Positions 12,361-23,131 of a stretch of 64,000 nucleotides of DNA are shown here, piece by piece. Below the pieces are notes generated by a model that was not told the origin of the DNA, ran no database searches, and worked only from the letters and a program-made list of their open reading frames with translations. Location: the NCBI GenBank assembly GCA_014653815.1, contig JACWDZ010000004.1, positions 10,393 to 74,392 of the forward strand, given 5' to 3'. Each line of letters opens with the position of its first letter. Positions within the stretch are counted from its first letter, which is position 1. The DNA comes from Pelagibacterales bacterium SAG-MED29 (lineage in GTDB: Bacteria > Pseudomonadota > Alphaproteobacteria > Pelagibacterales > Pelagibacteraceae). The translations under genes were made by a program, and so were the position numbers.

Positions 12361-14436
12361 ATGGCAGCCAAATACTCATTAGATAAATATAGAAACATTG
12401 GTATCATGGCGCATATTGATGCTGGCAAAACAACTACAACTGAAAGAGTTTTGTATTACACCGGTAAAAGTCACAAAATAGGTGAAGTCCATGATGGTGC
12501 TGCAACCATGGATTGGATGGAGCAAGAACAAGAAAGAGGTATTACAATTACTTCTGCTGCAACAACATGTTTTTGGAGAGATCATAGAATTAATATTATC
12601 GACACACCAGGACACGTAGATTTTACTATTGAAGTTGAAAGATCCTTAAAAGTTTTAGATGGTGCTGTGTGTGTATTTGATGGAGTGGCAGGAGTAGAGC
12701 CTCAATCAGAAACTGTTTGGCGTCAAGCTGATAAATATAAAGTTCCTAGAATTTGTTTCGTAAACAAACTTGATAGAACGGGTGCTGATTTTTATAGATG
12801 TGTGGAAATGATCAAAGATAGATTGGGTTGTAAACCATTGGTCCTTCAGTTGCCAATAGGTTCAGAAGCAGACCTAAAAGGTGTGGTTGATTTAGTTAAA
12901 ATGAAAGGTGTTGTATGGCAAAATGAGGATTTAGGAGCAAAATTTGATTATGTAGATATTCCAGCCGATCTTAAAGAAAAAGCCAACCAATACAGAAAAG
13001 ATTTAGTCGAGTCAGCCGTTGAACAAGATGAAAAATTAATGGAAGCTTATTTAGAAGGTAATGAACCATCTGAATCTGATCTAATCAAATGCATAAGAAA
13101 GGGAACTTTAAGTTTTAGTTTTGTTCCAATTACCACAGGGTCAGCTTTTAAAAATAAAGGCGTTCAACCATTATTAGACGCAGTAATTGATTATCTCCCT
13201 AGTCCAAAAGATCTTGGTTCGATTGAAGGAACTAAACTAGGGTCGGAAGATAAAGTGCAAATGAAATTTGCAGATAACGAACCTTTTTCTGCATTAGCAT
13301 TTAAAGTAGCTAATGATCCATTTGTGGGATCTTTAACTTTTATTAGAATTTATTCAGGAACTATTAAAGCAGGAACATCAATTTATAACTCTTCAAAAGA
13401 AAAAACTGAAAGAGTCGGAAGAATGCTTCTTATGCACGCAAATAGCAGAGAAGACATTAAAGAAGCAACAGCTGGTGATATTGTTGCTTTAGCAGGACTA
13501 AAATACACAATTACTGGGCATACTCTTTGTGAAGAAAATAAACCGATTTTATTAGAACCTATGGAATTTCCGGATCCTGTTATTGAGATAGCTGTAGAGC
13601 CTAAAACAAAAGCTGACCAAGAAAAAATGGGAGAAGCTTTAGGTAGGCTAGCAAAAGAAGATCCTTCTTTTAGAGTTACTTCAGATGAGGAATCGGGTCA
13701 AACAATTATTAAAGGAATGGGTGAATTACATTTAGATATTATTGTGGATAGAATGAAGAGAGAATTTAAAGTTGAAGCTAATATCGGTGCCCCACAAGTT
13801 GCTTACAGAGAAACAATTTTAGGATCAACTGAAGTTACTTATATACACAAAAAACAAAGTGGTGGATCAGGGCAATTCGCAAAAGTTACTCTTAGCGTTG
13901 AACCTTTAGAACCAGGAAAAGGAAGAGAAGTAGAAAACAAAATTAAAGGTGGGTCTATACCAAAAGAATTTATTCCAGGTGTAGAAAAAGGTGTTTTAAG
14001 TGTAGCCGAAAGCGGAATATTAGCTGGTTTCCCTGTAATAGATTATAAAGTCACAATTTTAGATGGCTTACATCATGATGTTGACTCAAGTGTTTTGGCT
14101 TTTGAAATAGCTTCAAGAATGTGTTTTAGAGAAGCTTGTACGAAAGCAACATTAAAACTTCTTGAACCAATGATGAAAGTTGAAGTTGTAACACCAGAAG
14201 ATTTTATGGGGGATGTGATTGGAGATTTAAATAGCAGAAGAGGACAAGTAGCTTCAACAGAGCCTAGAGGTAATGCAACAGCTATTAATGCTACAGTGCC
14301 ATTAGCAAATATGTTTGGATATATTAATAACTTAAGATCATCCACGCAAGGAAGAGCGCAGTATACAATGCAATTTAGTCATTACGATAAAGTTCCTCAA
14401 AATGTGCAAGATGAAGTAACCAAGAAGCTAGCTTAA
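12361..14436 (+). CDS. fusA: Elongation factor G
   Basis: [26 protein letters not shown]. Confidence 0.99.
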   Translation: MAAKYSLDKYRNIGIMAHIDAGKTTTTERVLYYTGKSHKIGEVHDGAATMDWMEQEQERGITITSAATTCFWRDHRINIIDTPGHVDFTIEVERSLKVLDGAVCVFDGVAGVEPQSETVWRQADKYKVPRICFVNKLDRTGADFYRCVEMIKDRLGCKPLVLQLPIGSEADLKGVVDLVKMKGVVWQNEDLGAKFDYVDIPADLKEKANQYRKDLVESAVEQDEKLMEAYLEGNEPSESDLIKCIRKGTLSFSFVPITTGSAFKNKGVQPLLDAVIDYLPSPKDLGSIEGTKLGSEDKVQMKFADNEPFSALAFKVANDPFVGSLTFIRIYSGTIKAGTSIYNSSKEKTERVGRMLLMHANSREDIKEATAGDIVALAGLKYTITGHTLCEENKPILLEPMEFPDPVIEIAVEPKTKADQEKMGEALGRLAKEDPSFRVTSDEESGQTIIKGMGELHLDIIVDRMKREFKVEANIGAPQVAYRETILGSTEVTYIHKKQSGGSGQFAKVTLSVEPLEPGKGREVENKIKGGSIPKEFIPGVEKGVLSVAESGILAGFPVIDYKVTILDGLHHDVDSSVLAFEIASRMCFREACTKATLKLLEPMMKVEVVTPEDFMGDVIGDLNSRRGQVASTEPRGNATAINATVPLANMFGYINNLRSSTQGRAQYTMQFSHYDKVPQNVQDEVTKKLA

Positions 14437-14438
14437 TT

Positions 14439-14747
14439 ATGGAAAACCAAAATATAAGAATACATTTAAAAGCATATGACAATAAAATCCTTGATCTTTC
14501 AACAGAGGAAATAGTTAATACTGCTAAAAGAACAGGTGCTCAAGTAAAAGGACCAATACCACTACCAACAAGAATAGAAAAATATACAGTTTTAAGATCA
14601 CCTCATATTGATAAAAAAAGTAGAGAACAATTTGAGTCAAGAACACACAAAAGATTAATAGACATAATTGAACCAACTCCTCAAACAGTAGAAGCTTTAA
14701 TGAAATTAGATTTAGCTTCAGGAGTAGATATAGAAATAAAGATATAA
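14439..14747 (+). CDS. rpsJ: 30S ribosomal protein S10
   Basis: [21 protein letters not shown]. Confidence 0.98.
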   Translation: MENQNIRIHLKAYDNKILDLSTEEIVNTAKRTGAQVKGPIPLPTRIEKYTVLRSPHIDKKSREQFESRTHKRLIDIIEPTPQTVEALMKLDLASGVDIEIKI

Positions 14748-14748
14748 A

Positions 14749-15453
14749 ATGAGCATAGGATTATTAGGAACAAAAATAGGAATGACTCGAGAGTTTATGA
14801 AAAGCGGCCAATCCGTTCCTGTAACTGTAATTAAAATAGAAAAAGGTAGAGTTTTAGATGTAATTACTAAAGATAAAAGAGGTTACAACGCAGTAAAAGT
14901 CGGATTTTGTAAAATTAAAAATTCAAAACTTACTAAGCAAATGAAGGGTTATTTTACGAAAAAAAAAACAGAACCCAAAAAAATATTGAAAGAATTTAGA
15001 ATTGAAAAAAATGATCAATTTAAAGAAGGAAATGAATTTGGATTAGAAATATTTAATGATAAAAAATTTTTAGATGTTAGATCAAAAACAATAGGTAAAG
15101 GATTTGCAGGAGGTATGAAAAGATGGAATTTTTCGGGCTTAAGAGCTTCTCATGGTGTTTCAGTTTCTCATAGAGCTCACGGTTCAACAGGACAAAACCA
15201 AGATCCTGGCAAGGTTTTCAAAGGGAAAAAAATGGCTGGTCATATGGGAGATAAAATGAGAACAATGCTAAATTTAGAGATTATAAAATCAGATGTAGAG
15301 AATAATTTGATTTATTTAAGAGGTTCAATACCCGGATCAAAAAATACAACAGTTTTTTTAAGGGAGTCAGTAAAAAATATTACTAGAAAAACAGTTACTG
15401 AAAAACATGAAGCTAGAATAAAAAAAGCTGAATCAAAAAAAGGTAAAAAATAA
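14749..15453 (+). CDS. rplC: 50S ribosomal protein L3
   Basis: GKGFAGGMKRWNF, HGSTGQNQDPGKVFKGKKMAGHMG. Confidence 0.98.
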   Translation: MSIGLLGTKIGMTREFMKSGQSVPVTVIKIEKGRVLDVITKDKRGYNAVKVGFCKIKNSKLTKQMKGYFTKKKTEPKKILKEFRIEKNDQFKEGNEFGLEIFNDKKFLDVRSKTIGKGFAGGMKRWNFSGLRASHGVSVSHRAHGSTGQNQDPGKVFKGKKMAGHMGDKMRTMLNLEIIKSDVENNLIYLRGSIPGSKNTTVFLRESVKNITRKTVTEKHEARIKKAESKKGKK

Positions 15454-15455
15454 CT

Positions 15456-16091
15456 ATGAAATTTCCTTTATTAAATATTGATGGAACTAAATCGACGTCA
15501 ATTGAAGTGTCAGACAAGATAGTTAAGCTTAAAGTAAATCACAAATTGATTAAATTTGTGATTGATTGGCAATTAAATCATGCAAAACCAAGAACCGCTA
15601 AAACAAAACAAAGAAATGAAATTAAAGGATCAACAGTAAAAATTGTTGCACAAAAAGGTAGTGGAGGCGCACGTCATGCCAGTAGAAAGGCTCCATTATT
15701 TGTTGGCGGTGGTATTGCTCATGGTCCAAAAGGAAAAGTTTATAAAGTTAAAAAAATTAATAAAAAAGTCAGAAGATTGGCTTTAGCACAAACACTGTCT
15801 AAAAAAAATTCAGATAAAAATTTATATATTTTAGCAGATGTTAAGAAAGAAATTAAAAAAACTAAAGAATTTAATAAATTTCTAGAAAAAAATAATTTAG
15901 CTAACGCATTAATTATTTCAGATGAAGATTCTTTAAAAAATATCAATAAATCAGCAAGAAACATTAAAAATATAAAATTAATAAAACAAGAGGGAACTAA
16001 TATTTATGATTTATTTAAATATAAAAATGTCATAATGACCTCTTCATCAGTTAAAAAAATACAAGATAGGATTCTAAGTGAGAAAAATTAA
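15456..16091 (+). CDS. rplD: 50S ribosomal protein L4
   Basis: QKGSGGARH, GGGIAHGP. Confidence 0.97.
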   Translation: MKFPLLNIDGTKSTSIEVSDKIVKLKVNHKLIKFVIDWQLNHAKPRTAKTKQRNEIKGSTVKIVAQKGSGGARHASRKAPLFVGGGIAHGPKGKVYKVKKINKKVRRLALAQTLSKKNSDKNLYILADVKKEIKKTKEFNKFLEKNNLANALIISDEDSLKNINKSARNIKNIKLIKQEGTNIYDLFKYKNVIMTSSSVKKIQDRILSEKN

Positions 16092-16371
16092 CCATACAGA
16101 TTCAATCAGAAGTCCAATTATTACAGAAAAAGCTACTATTTTATCTGAACAAAATAAAACTGTTTTTAAGGTTCATAATAAAGCTAATAAAAAAACTATT
16201 AAAAAAAATATTGAAAAATTATTTAAAGTTAGCGTTGTTAAAGTAAATATTATTAACAGAAAAGCAAAACTTAAAATAAAACAGGGAAAAAAATCATACA
16301 GAAGTGGTTACAAAAAAGCGATCGTAACTCTAAAAAAAGGTCAAAGCATTGATCTATCAACCGGTATCTAA
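16078..16371 (+). CDS. rplW: 50S ribosomal protein L23
   Basis: PIITEKA, KKAIVTL; GTG start; synteny. Confidence 0.96.
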   Translation: MRKINHTDSIRSPIITEKATILSEQNKTVFKVHNKANKKTIKKNIEKLFKVSVVKVNIINRKAKLKIKQGKKSYRSGYKKAIVTLKKGQSIDLSTGI

Positions 16372-16373
16372 AT

Positions 16374-17204
16374 ATGGCTTTAAAAACTTTTAAACCTTAT
16401 ACAAAATCAACTAGAGGCACCGTAGTCGTGGATAAAAGTGTTTTATGGAAAGGTTCTCCTTACAAACCACTAACACGTGGTCAAAATTTTACAGGCGGAA
16501 GAAATAATTATGGTCGTATAACATCTAGACATATAGGCGGTGGATCTAAACACAAATTTAGAATTATTGATTTTTTTAGAAAAAAGAAAAATATTTCTGC
16601 AACAGTTGATAGAATTGAATATGATCCAAATAGAACTGCTTATATAGCTTTAATAACTTATGAAGATAAAGAAAAATCATATATTATTTGTCCTCAAGGA
16701 TTAAAACAAGGTGACAAAATTGAATCCGGCAAGAATGTTGAAATCAAAATAGGAAATTCTCTAGAATTAAAAGATATTCCTCCTGGAACTTCTATACATA
16801 ATGTTGAATTAATACCAGGAAATGGAGGCAAACTTGCTAGATCCGCAGGCTCTTCAATAACATTATCAGGTTATGACGGCGATTACGCAATATTAAGATT
16901 ATCATCTGGTGAAACAAGAAAAGTTAATAGCTCTTGCACAGCTACTATTGGAGTTGTTTCAAATCCAGATCAGAAAAATATTAAAATAGGTAAAGCAGGA
17001 AGAAATAGATGGAAAGGGAAGAGACCTCAAACAAGAGGTGTTGCTATGAACCCTGTTGACCACCCACATGGAGGGGGAGAAGGTAAAACATCTGGCGGAA
17101 GAAGCCCTGTATCACCATGGGGTCAATCTGCAAAAGGATTAAAAACAAGAAGACCAAAAAGAAGCGACAAATTAATTATAACAAGAAGAAAGAAAAGAAG
17201 ATAA
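16374..17204 (+). CDS. rplB: 50S ribosomal protein L2
   Basis: [25 protein letters not shown]. Confidence 0.99.
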   Translation: MALKTFKPYTKSTRGTVVVDKSVLWKGSPYKPLTRGQNFTGGRNNYGRITSRHIGGGSKHKFRIIDFFRKKKNISATVDRIEYDPNRTAYIALITYEDKEKSYIICPQGLKQGDKIESGKNVEIKIGNSLELKDIPPGTSIHNVELIPGNGGKLARSAGSSITLSGYDGDYAILRLSSGETRKVNSSCTATIGVVSNPDQKNIKIGKAGRNRWKGKRPQTRGVAMNPVDHPHGGGEGKTSGGRSPVSPWGQSAKGLKTRRPKRSDKLIITRRKKRR

Positions 17205-17527
17205 TGACTAGATCTGTTTGGAAAGGACCTTTTGTACATCCAAGTTTATTAAAAAAAATTGATAAACTTAAAGATACTCCAAATAAAAAACCAATTAAAA
17301 CTTGGTCAAGACATTCTACAATTATTCCTGAATTTGTGGGACATAGTTTTATGATTCATAATGGAAAGTCCTTTATACCAATAACTATTTCTGAGGAAAT
17401 GGTTGGACATAAACTTGGTGAATTTGCTCCAACTAGAACATTTAAAGGACATACGCCAGCAGACAAAAAAGCGGCCGCTGTTGCTTCTGAACCAGCCAAG
17501 GTAGGAGGTGGCGATGCAAAAAAATAA
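17204..17527 (+). CDS. rpsS: 30S ribosomal protein S19
   Basis: [24 protein letters not shown]; start moved to the ATG overlapping the rplB stop (TAATG). Confidence 0.97.
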   Translation: MTRSVWKGPFVHPSLLKKIDKLKDTPNKKPIKTWSRHSTIIPEFVGHSFMIHNGKSFIPITISEEMVGHKLGEFAPTRTFKGHTPADKKAAAVASEPAKVGGGDAKK

Positions 17528-17882
17528 TACAACGGTTAAAGCAATAAACAAAAATGTGAGGTCAAGCCCTAGAAAATTGGCTTTAGTATTAAATTATATT
17601 AAAGGAAAAAAAGCAGATTTAGCTTTAAGAGATTTGGAATTTACGAGAAAAAGAATAGCTCTAGACGTAAGCAAAACTGTTAAATCAGCAATTTCAAATG
17701 CAGAAAACAACCATCAATACGATATTGATAATTTATTTGTTAAAGAAGCTTATGTTGGCAAATCACTTGTAATGAGACGATTTAGACCAAGAGCAAAAGG
17801 AAGAGCTAGCCCAATTAAAAAACCATTCAGCAGAATCACAATCATACTTGAAGAAAAAAAAGAAAAAAAGGAAACTAAGTAA
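17514..17882 (+). CDS. rplV: 50S ribosomal protein L22
   Basis: [24 protein letters not shown]; AGGAGG at 17503-17508 favours ATG 17514. Confidence 0.96.
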   Translation: MQKNNTTVKAINKNVRSSPRKLALVLNYIKGKKADLALRDLEFTRKRIALDVSKTVKSAISNAENNHQYDIDNLFVKEAYVGKSLVMRRFRPRAKGRASPIKKPFSRITIILEEKKEKKETK

Positions 17883-18568
17883 TGGGACAAAAAATTAATC
17901 CAATAGGCTTAAGATTAGGAATCAACAGGGGTTGGGATTCTACTTGGTTTGCTAAGAAAAAAGATTTTGGAAGATATTTAATAGAAGATTTTAAAATAAG
18001 AAATTATATTAAAAAAAATATAACTAACTCGGGTGTTTCAGAGATCATAATAGAGAGATCCTCAAAAAAATGCAAAGTTTCAATTCACACTTCTAGGCCA
18101 GGATTTGTTATTGGAAAAAAAGGTGCTGATATAGAAAAAATTAAAAAAAATATTATGAAAATCACTGATGGTGACGTTAATGTAAATATTAAAGAAATTA
18201 AAAAACCAGAACTTAACTCAAATTTGGTTGCAGAAAACATCGCTCAACAACTAGTTAAAAGAATAGCTTATAGGAGAGCCATGAAAAGAGCTATGCAATC
18301 AGCAATGAGATTAAATGCAAAAGGAATTAAAGTTATGTTAAGCGGAAGATTGGCAGGAAATGAAATAGCTAGAACAGAATGGTTAAGGGAAGGAAGCATA
18401 CCTTCTCACACCTTAAGAGCCGACATCGATTATGGCTTTGCCGAAGCTTTAACAACATACGGAATAATTGGTGTTAAGGTTTGGATTTATAAAGGCGAGT
18501 TAATGGCAAAAGATGTAGAAAAAGAAAAAAAAGAAAGGGTTAAAAATGCTGCAACCAGTAAGAACTAA
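17882..18568 (+). CDS. rpsC: 30S ribosomal protein S3
   Basis: [31 protein letters not shown]. Confidence 0.98.
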   Translation: MGQKINPIGLRLGINRGWDSTWFAKKKDFGRYLIEDFKIRNYIKKNITNSGVSEIIIERSSKKCKVSIHTSRPGFVIGKKGADIEKIKKNIMKITDGDVNVNIKEIKKPELNSNLVAENIAQQLVKRIAYRRAMKRAMQSAMRLNAKGIKVMLSGRLAGNEIARTEWLREGSIPSHTLRADIDYGFAEALTTYGIIGVKVWIYKGELMAKDVEKEKKERVKNAATSKN

Positions 18569-18950
18569 ATATAGGAAAGCATTCAAAGGAAGAATTCATG
18601 GAAAAGCTTCGAGAGCTGTAGAATTAAATTATGGACAATTTGGACTCAAAGCAATGGAACCTGAGAGAATTATTGGTAAACAGATAGAAGCAGCTAGAGT
18701 TGCTTTAACAAGGTATATGAAAAGAACTGGAAAAGTATGGACTAGAATATTTCCAAATATTCCAGTTTCAAAAAAACCAACAGAAGTAAGAATGGGTAAG
18801 GGCAAGGGATCACCAGAATATTATGCGTGTAGAGTAAAACCTGGAAGAATAATATTTGAAGTAGATGGTGTCACGGAAGAAGTTGCAAAGATTGCTCTAT
18901 ACAAAGCATCTGCAAAATTACCAATTAAAACAAAATTTATTAGAAGATAA
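18546..18950 (+). CDS. rplP: 50S ribosomal protein L16
   Basis: MLQP..TKYRK, RMGKGKG. Confidence 0.98.
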   Translation: MLQPVRTKYRKAFKGRIHGKASRAVELNYGQFGLKAMEPERIIGKQIEAARVALTRYMKRTGKVWTRIFPNIPVSKKPTEVRMGKGKGSPEYYACRVKPGRIIFEVDGVTEEVAKIALYKASAKLPIKTKFIRR

Positions 18951-18954
18951 TTTT

Positions 18955-19143
18955 ATGGCTAAAAAAAAAGAAGACAAGAAATTAACAAAAGATCAGGCAG
19001 AAAAAAAGATACAAATTTTAAAAAAAGATTTATTTAATATTAGATTTAAGAAAATAAATAATCAAATAGAAAATTCTGCTCAATATAATGAAATTAAAAA
19101 AGATATAGCAAGATTATTTACAACAATTAAAAATACAAGATGA
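18955..19143 (+). CDS. rpmC: 50S ribosomal protein L29
   Basis: LFNIRF...KKDIARLFT; start moved to ATG 18955; position between rplP and rpsQ. Confidence 0.92.
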   Translation: MAKKKEDKKLTKDQAEKKIQILKKDLFNIRFKKINNQIENSAQYNEIKKDIARLFTTIKNTR

Positions 19144-19367
19144 CAAAAAAAATTTTAAAAGGAATAGTCACTAGTGCAAAAAATAACAAAACTATTGTTG
19201 TTGAAGTAACTAGAAAATTTAAACATCCTTTTTATGAGAAAATAATTAAAAGAACAAAAAAATATCATGCTCATGATGAAGCTAATAAATTTAAAGAAGG
19301 AGAAAAGGTTTCAATTGAAGAATGTAAACCAATTTCAAAAAGAAAAACTTGGCAGGTAATGAAATAA
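19140..19367 (+). CDS. rpsQ: 30S ribosomal protein S17
   Basis: [29 protein letters not shown]. Confidence 0.97.
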   Translation: MTKKILKGIVTSAKNNKTIVVEVTRKFKHPFYEKIIKRTKKYHAHDEANKFKEGEKVSIEECKPISKRKTWQVMK

Positions 19368-19735
19368 TGATTCAAGTACAAACAGAATTAATGGTAGCAG
19401 ATAACACAGGTGCTAAAAGAGTAGAGTGTATCAAGGTATTAGGTGGCTCAAAAAGAAGATATGCCTCAGTTGGGGACCTTATAGTAATAAGCGTTAAAGA
19501 CGCTATACCTAAAGGGAAAGTAAAAAAAGGTGCGGTTCATAAAGCGGTAGTAGTTAGAACTAGAAAAGAAATCTATAGAGATGATGGTTCTAAAGTTCAA
19601 TTTGATACAAATGCTGTAGTCTTAACAGATGAAAAAGGTGAACCAATAGGCACTAGAATATTTGGACCAGTTACACGTGAATTGAGAACAAGAGGACATA
19701 CAAAAATTATTTCTCTTGCGCCGGAGGTACTTTAA
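19367..19735 (+). CDS. rplN: 50S ribosomal protein L14
   Basis: [29 protein letters not shown]; start at TAATG overlap. Confidence 0.98.
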   Translation: MIQVQTELMVADNTGAKRVECIKVLGGSKRRYASVGDLIVISVKDAIPKGKVKKGAVHKAVVVRTRKEIYRDDGSKVQFDTNAVVLTDEKGEPIGTRIFGPVTRELRTRGHTKIISLAPEVL

Positions 19736-19736
19736 A

Positions 19737-19988
19737 ATGATTTTAAAAAAAGGGACACAAGTTAAAATTATATATGGTAAAGATAAAGGTAAGACAGGAG
19801 AAATTTTAGAAATAAATAAAAAATTAAATAAATTAAAGATTAAATCTATTGGCATGATTAAAAAACATTTAAAACCAACTAAAGAAAATAAGGGTGGAAT
19901 AGTTTCAAAAGAAAGTTTTATACACCAATCAAATGTAAAAAATTTAGATCAAAATAAAAAAGAAAAAAAAATAGCAGGTAAGAAATGA
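19737..19988 (+). CDS. rplX: 50S ribosomal protein L24 (short, 83 aa)
   Basis: KOW motif GKDKGKTGEI; GGIVSKESFIHQSNV. Confidence 0.94.
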   Translation: MILKKGTQVKIIYGKDKGKTGEILEINKKLNKLKIKSIGMIKKHLKPTKENKGGIVSKESFIHQSNVKNLDQNKKEKKIAGKK

Positions 19989-20536
19989 ATCCAAGATTAA
20001 AAATAGCCTATGAGAAAGAAATTATTAGCAAGTTAATGAGCAAACTAAATTTTAAAAATAAACACGAAGTTCCTAAAATTGATAAGATAATATTAAACAT
20101 GGGCTTAGGTGAAGATGCCTCTGATGGAAAAAAACTAAAATCCTGCATGGAAGACATGTCATTAATAGCAGGCCAAAAACCTGTAATTACAAAATTTAAA
20201 AAATCTATATCTAATTTTAAAACAAGAAAAGGATTTAATGCTGGAGTTAAAGTTACTTTAAGATCAAATAAAATGTATGAATTTATTGACAGATTGGTAA
20301 ATATTGCCTTACCTAGAGTAAAAGATTTTAGAGGTTTAACTTCTAAAGGAATAGATAGTTCTTACAATTACTCTTTTGGAATTAAAGAACATATTATTTT
20401 TCCAGAAGTTAATTTTGACAAAGTTGACAAAATAAGAGGTTTAGACATTACTATTGTTATGACAAGTAAAACCAAAGAAGGAACTTTGGAATTACTTAGA
20501 GGATTTAATTTTCCATTAGATAATAAAAAGAATTGA
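19985..20536 (+). CDS. rplE: 50S ribosomal protein L5
   Basis: IAGQKP, KVTLR, LPRVKDFRG, IIFPE. Confidence 0.98.
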   Translation: MNPRLKIAYEKEIISKLMSKLNFKNKHEVPKIDKIILNMGLGEDASDGKKLKSCMEDMSLIAGQKPVITKFKKSISNFKTRKGFNAGVKVTLRSNKMYEFIDRLVNIALPRVKDFRGLTSKGIDSSYNYSFGIKEHIIFPEVNFDKVDKIRGLDITIVMTSKTKEGTLELLRGFNFPLDNKKN

Positions 20537-20543
20537 GGTAAAA

Positions 20544-20849
20544 ATGGCTAAAACAAGCGCAATACAAAAAAATTTAAAGAGAATAAAACTTGTGAAAAAA
20601 TATGAAAAGAAAAGAGCTGCATTAAAAAAGATAATTAAAAATAAAAAATTAGAATTGTCAGAGAGATTTGCCGCTCAATTAAAATTGAATAAATTGCCAA
20701 AAAATTCAGCAAAAATAAGAATAAGAAATCGTTGCGAAGTATCAGGTAGGCCTCATGGGGTTTATAGAAAACTTAAAATATCGAGAATTGCACTAAGAGA
20801 CATGGCTTCATCTGGTAAAATTCCGGGAATAACTAAATCAAGCTGGTAG
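20544..20849 (+). CDS. rpsN: 30S ribosomal protein S14 (long, Zn-free form)
   Basis: RNRCEVSGRPHG, PGITKSSW. Confidence 0.98.
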   Translation: MAKTSAIQKNLKRIKLVKKYEKKRAALKKIIKNKKLELSERFAAQLKLNKLPKNSAKIRIRNRCEVSGRPHGVYRKLKISRIALRDMASSGKIPGITKSSW

Positions 20850-20856
20850 GAGAAAT

Positions 20857-21255
20857 ATGACATTAACAGATCCAATTGGAGATATGTTTTCAAGAATTAG
20901 AAACGGTCAAATGAGATCATTGAATTCTGTAGATATACCTTCATCTAATTTTAGAGAAAATATTTTAAAAATTTTAAAAAATGAAGGCTATATCAAAGAT
21001 TATTATATTGAAAAATCAAAAAACAATAAGGCTAATTTAAAAATAAATCTTAAATATTATGAAGGAGATCCTGTGATTAAAGAAATTAAAAGAATTTCGA
21101 AACCAGGAAGAAGAGTTTATTCAAGAGCAAATAGTATTCCTAGAGTTATGAATGGATTAGGATTAGCAATTCTTTCAACGCCGAAAGGTGTAATGAGTGA
21201 TTCAGAAGCAAGAAAAAATAATGTTGGTGGAGAAATAATTTGTAGGGTATTTTAA
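20857..21255 (+). CDS. rpsH: 30S ribosomal protein S8
   Basis: DPIGDMFSRIRN, SKPGRRVY, STPKGVM. Confidence 0.98.
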   Translation: MTLTDPIGDMFSRIRNGQMRSLNSVDIPSSNFRENILKILKNEGYIKDYYIEKSKNNKANLKINLKYYEGDPVIKEIKRISKPGRRVYSRANSIPRVMNGLGLAILSTPKGVMSDSEARKNNVGGEIICRVF

Positions 21256-21800
21256 TGTCAAAAATTGGAAAAAAAAATATATTGATACCAAAAGAGTCTT
21301 CAATAAAAATTGAAGGTGCAAATTTAACCATTACTGGCCCTAAAGGATCTAAAACATTGACTATTAATGATAAGATTTTTTCATCAAAACTTAATGAAAA
21401 AAATGAGTTCCAAATTTTACCTTTAAATAAAAAAACGGATAAAAAGACAAGTGTAATGTGGGGAACCTATAGAAGCTTAATCAATAATGCAATTACAGGC
21501 GTTTCTAAAGGACATGAAAAAATTTTAGAATTAAATGGAGTTGGATTTAGAGCAAATATAAAAGGAGAAAATTTAAATTTACAAATAGGTTTTAGCCATG
21601 ATGTAAATTTTAAAATTCCAAAAGATACTAAAATTACTGTTGAAAAACAAACGACAATTAAAATTAACGGTGTAGACAAAGATTTAGTTGCGAAGGTAGC
21701 TGCAGATATTAAGAGTCTTAAACCTGTAGAACCTTACAAAGCCAAAGGTATTAAAGAAAAAGGTCAATTTGTACTAAGAAAAGAAGGAAAGAAAAAATAA
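21255..21800 (+). CDS. rplF: 50S ribosomal protein L6
   Basis: MSKIGKK, GVGFRA, PVEPYKAKGI. Confidence 0.98.
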   Translation: MSKIGKKNILIPKESSIKIEGANLTITGPKGSKTLTINDKIFSSKLNEKNEFQILPLNKKTDKKTSVMWGTYRSLINNAITGVSKGHEKILELNGVGFRANIKGENLNLQIGFSHDVNFKIPKDTKITVEKQTTIKINGVDKDLVAKVAADIKSLKPVEPYKAKGIKEKGQFVLRKEGKKK

Positions 21801-22153
21801 TGAAAAAGATTAGAGGTAAAATTAAAAGAAAATTAAGAAATAGAAAAAAACTTAGAGAAGTTAATAACAACAGATATAGAATTTCTGTATCTAAATCCTT
21901 AAATAATCTTTTTGCTCAAATAATAGATGACAAAAATAGAAAAACTTTAGTTTCTGCCTCTTCAATTGAAAAAGAGATTAAGAAGAATAAAGTAAAAAAA
22001 ATAGAAAAATCAAATTTAATAGGAGAAATTTTAGCTAAGAGGGCCAAAGAAAAAAATATAAGCAATGTATATTTAGATAGAGGTGAATATAAATACCACG
22101 GAAGAATAAAAGCCTTTGCAGAAATATTAAGAAAAAATGGATTAAAATTTTAA
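21800..22153 (+). CDS. rplR: 50S ribosomal protein L18
   Basis: [24 protein letters not shown]. Confidence 0.96.
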   Translation: MKKIRGKIKRKLRNRKKLREVNNNRYRISVSKSLNNLFAQIIDDKNRKTLVSASSIEKEIKKNKVKKIEKSNLIGEILAKRAKEKNISNVYLDRGEYKYHGRIKAFAEILRKNGLKF

Positions 22154-22154
22154 T

Positions 22155-22673
22155 ATGGTTGAAAATAAAAAAATAGAAAGCGATATAAAAGAAAAACTGG
22201 TTGCTATAAATAGGATTACTAAAGTAGTTAAAGGAGGTCGTAGATTTGGTTTTGCTGCATTAGTAGTTGTTGGTAATCAAAAGGGCTCCGTCGGCATTGG
22301 TCAAGGTAAGTCTAAACAAGTTCCTGACGCAATCAAAAAAGCTACTGAAGTTGCTAAAAAAAGTCTTGTTCAAATTCCTTTAAAGGATGGAAGAACTTTA
22401 CATCATGATGTTAAAGGCAAAAATGGATCGGGGAAAGTATTTATGAGATCAGCTCCAGCTGGAACAGGAATAATTGCTGGTGGACCAATTAGATCTGTTT
22501 GTGAAGTTTTAGGAATACAGGATGTTGTAGCTAAATCTCTTGGATCTGCAAATCCACATAACGTTTTAAAAGCTTGTGTTAATGGATTAAAATCTCAAAA
22601 TTCGCCAAAAATATTATCTGCAATTAGAGGAAAAAAAATATCCGAAATTGTTTTAAAAAGAGAGGCTAAATAA
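22155..22673 (+). CDS. rpsE: 30S ribosomal protein S5
   Basis: [26 protein letters not shown]. Confidence 0.98.
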   Translation: MVENKKIESDIKEKLVAINRITKVVKGGRRFGFAALVVVGNQKGSVGIGQGKSKQVPDAIKKATEVAKKSLVQIPLKDGRTLHHDVKGKNGSGKVFMRSAPAGTGIIAGGPIRSVCEVLGIQDVVAKSLGSANPHNVLKACVNGLKSQNSPKILSAIRGKKISEIVLKREAK

Positions 22674-23125
22674 TGGAATTAAATAATTTAGTAAAAAATA
22701 ATAAAAAGAAAACAAGAGTAGGCAGAGGCATTGGTTCTGGTAAAGGAAAAACTTCTACGAGAGGACACAAAGGTCAAAAATCTCGATCTGGTGTAGCTAT
22801 AAAAAGTTTTGAAGGCGGTCAAATGCCCTTATATAGGCGTTTACCAAAAAGAGGGTTTAAATCATTAAGTAAGAAAAATACTGCAATATTAAATCTATCT
22901 AAAATTCAAAGTATTTATGAAAAAAATAAAGATAAATTAAATAGTTCATTAGATTTGAAGTCTTTAAAGGATAAAAAATTTATAAATAAAAAATATTTAA
23001 AATTAAAAATTTTAGGAACAGGTGAATTAAAAATTAAGATAGATATTACGGCTCATCATGCATCAAAACAAGCAAAAGAAAAAATTGAAAAAGCAGGTGG
23101 AAAATTAAATATTTTAAAAAAATAA
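22673..23125 (+). CDS. rplO: 50S ribosomal protein L15
   Basis: RVGRGIGSGKGKT, FEGGQMPLYRRLPKRGF. Confidence 0.98.
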   Translation: MELNNLVKNNKKKTRVGRGIGSGKGKTSTRGHKGQKSRSGVAIKSFEGGQMPLYRRLPKRGFKSLSKKNTAILNLSKIQSIYEKNKDKLNSSLDLKSLKDKKFINKKYLKLKILGTGELKIKIDITAHHASKQAKEKIEKAGGKLNILKK

Positions 23126-23131
23126 TCCAAT

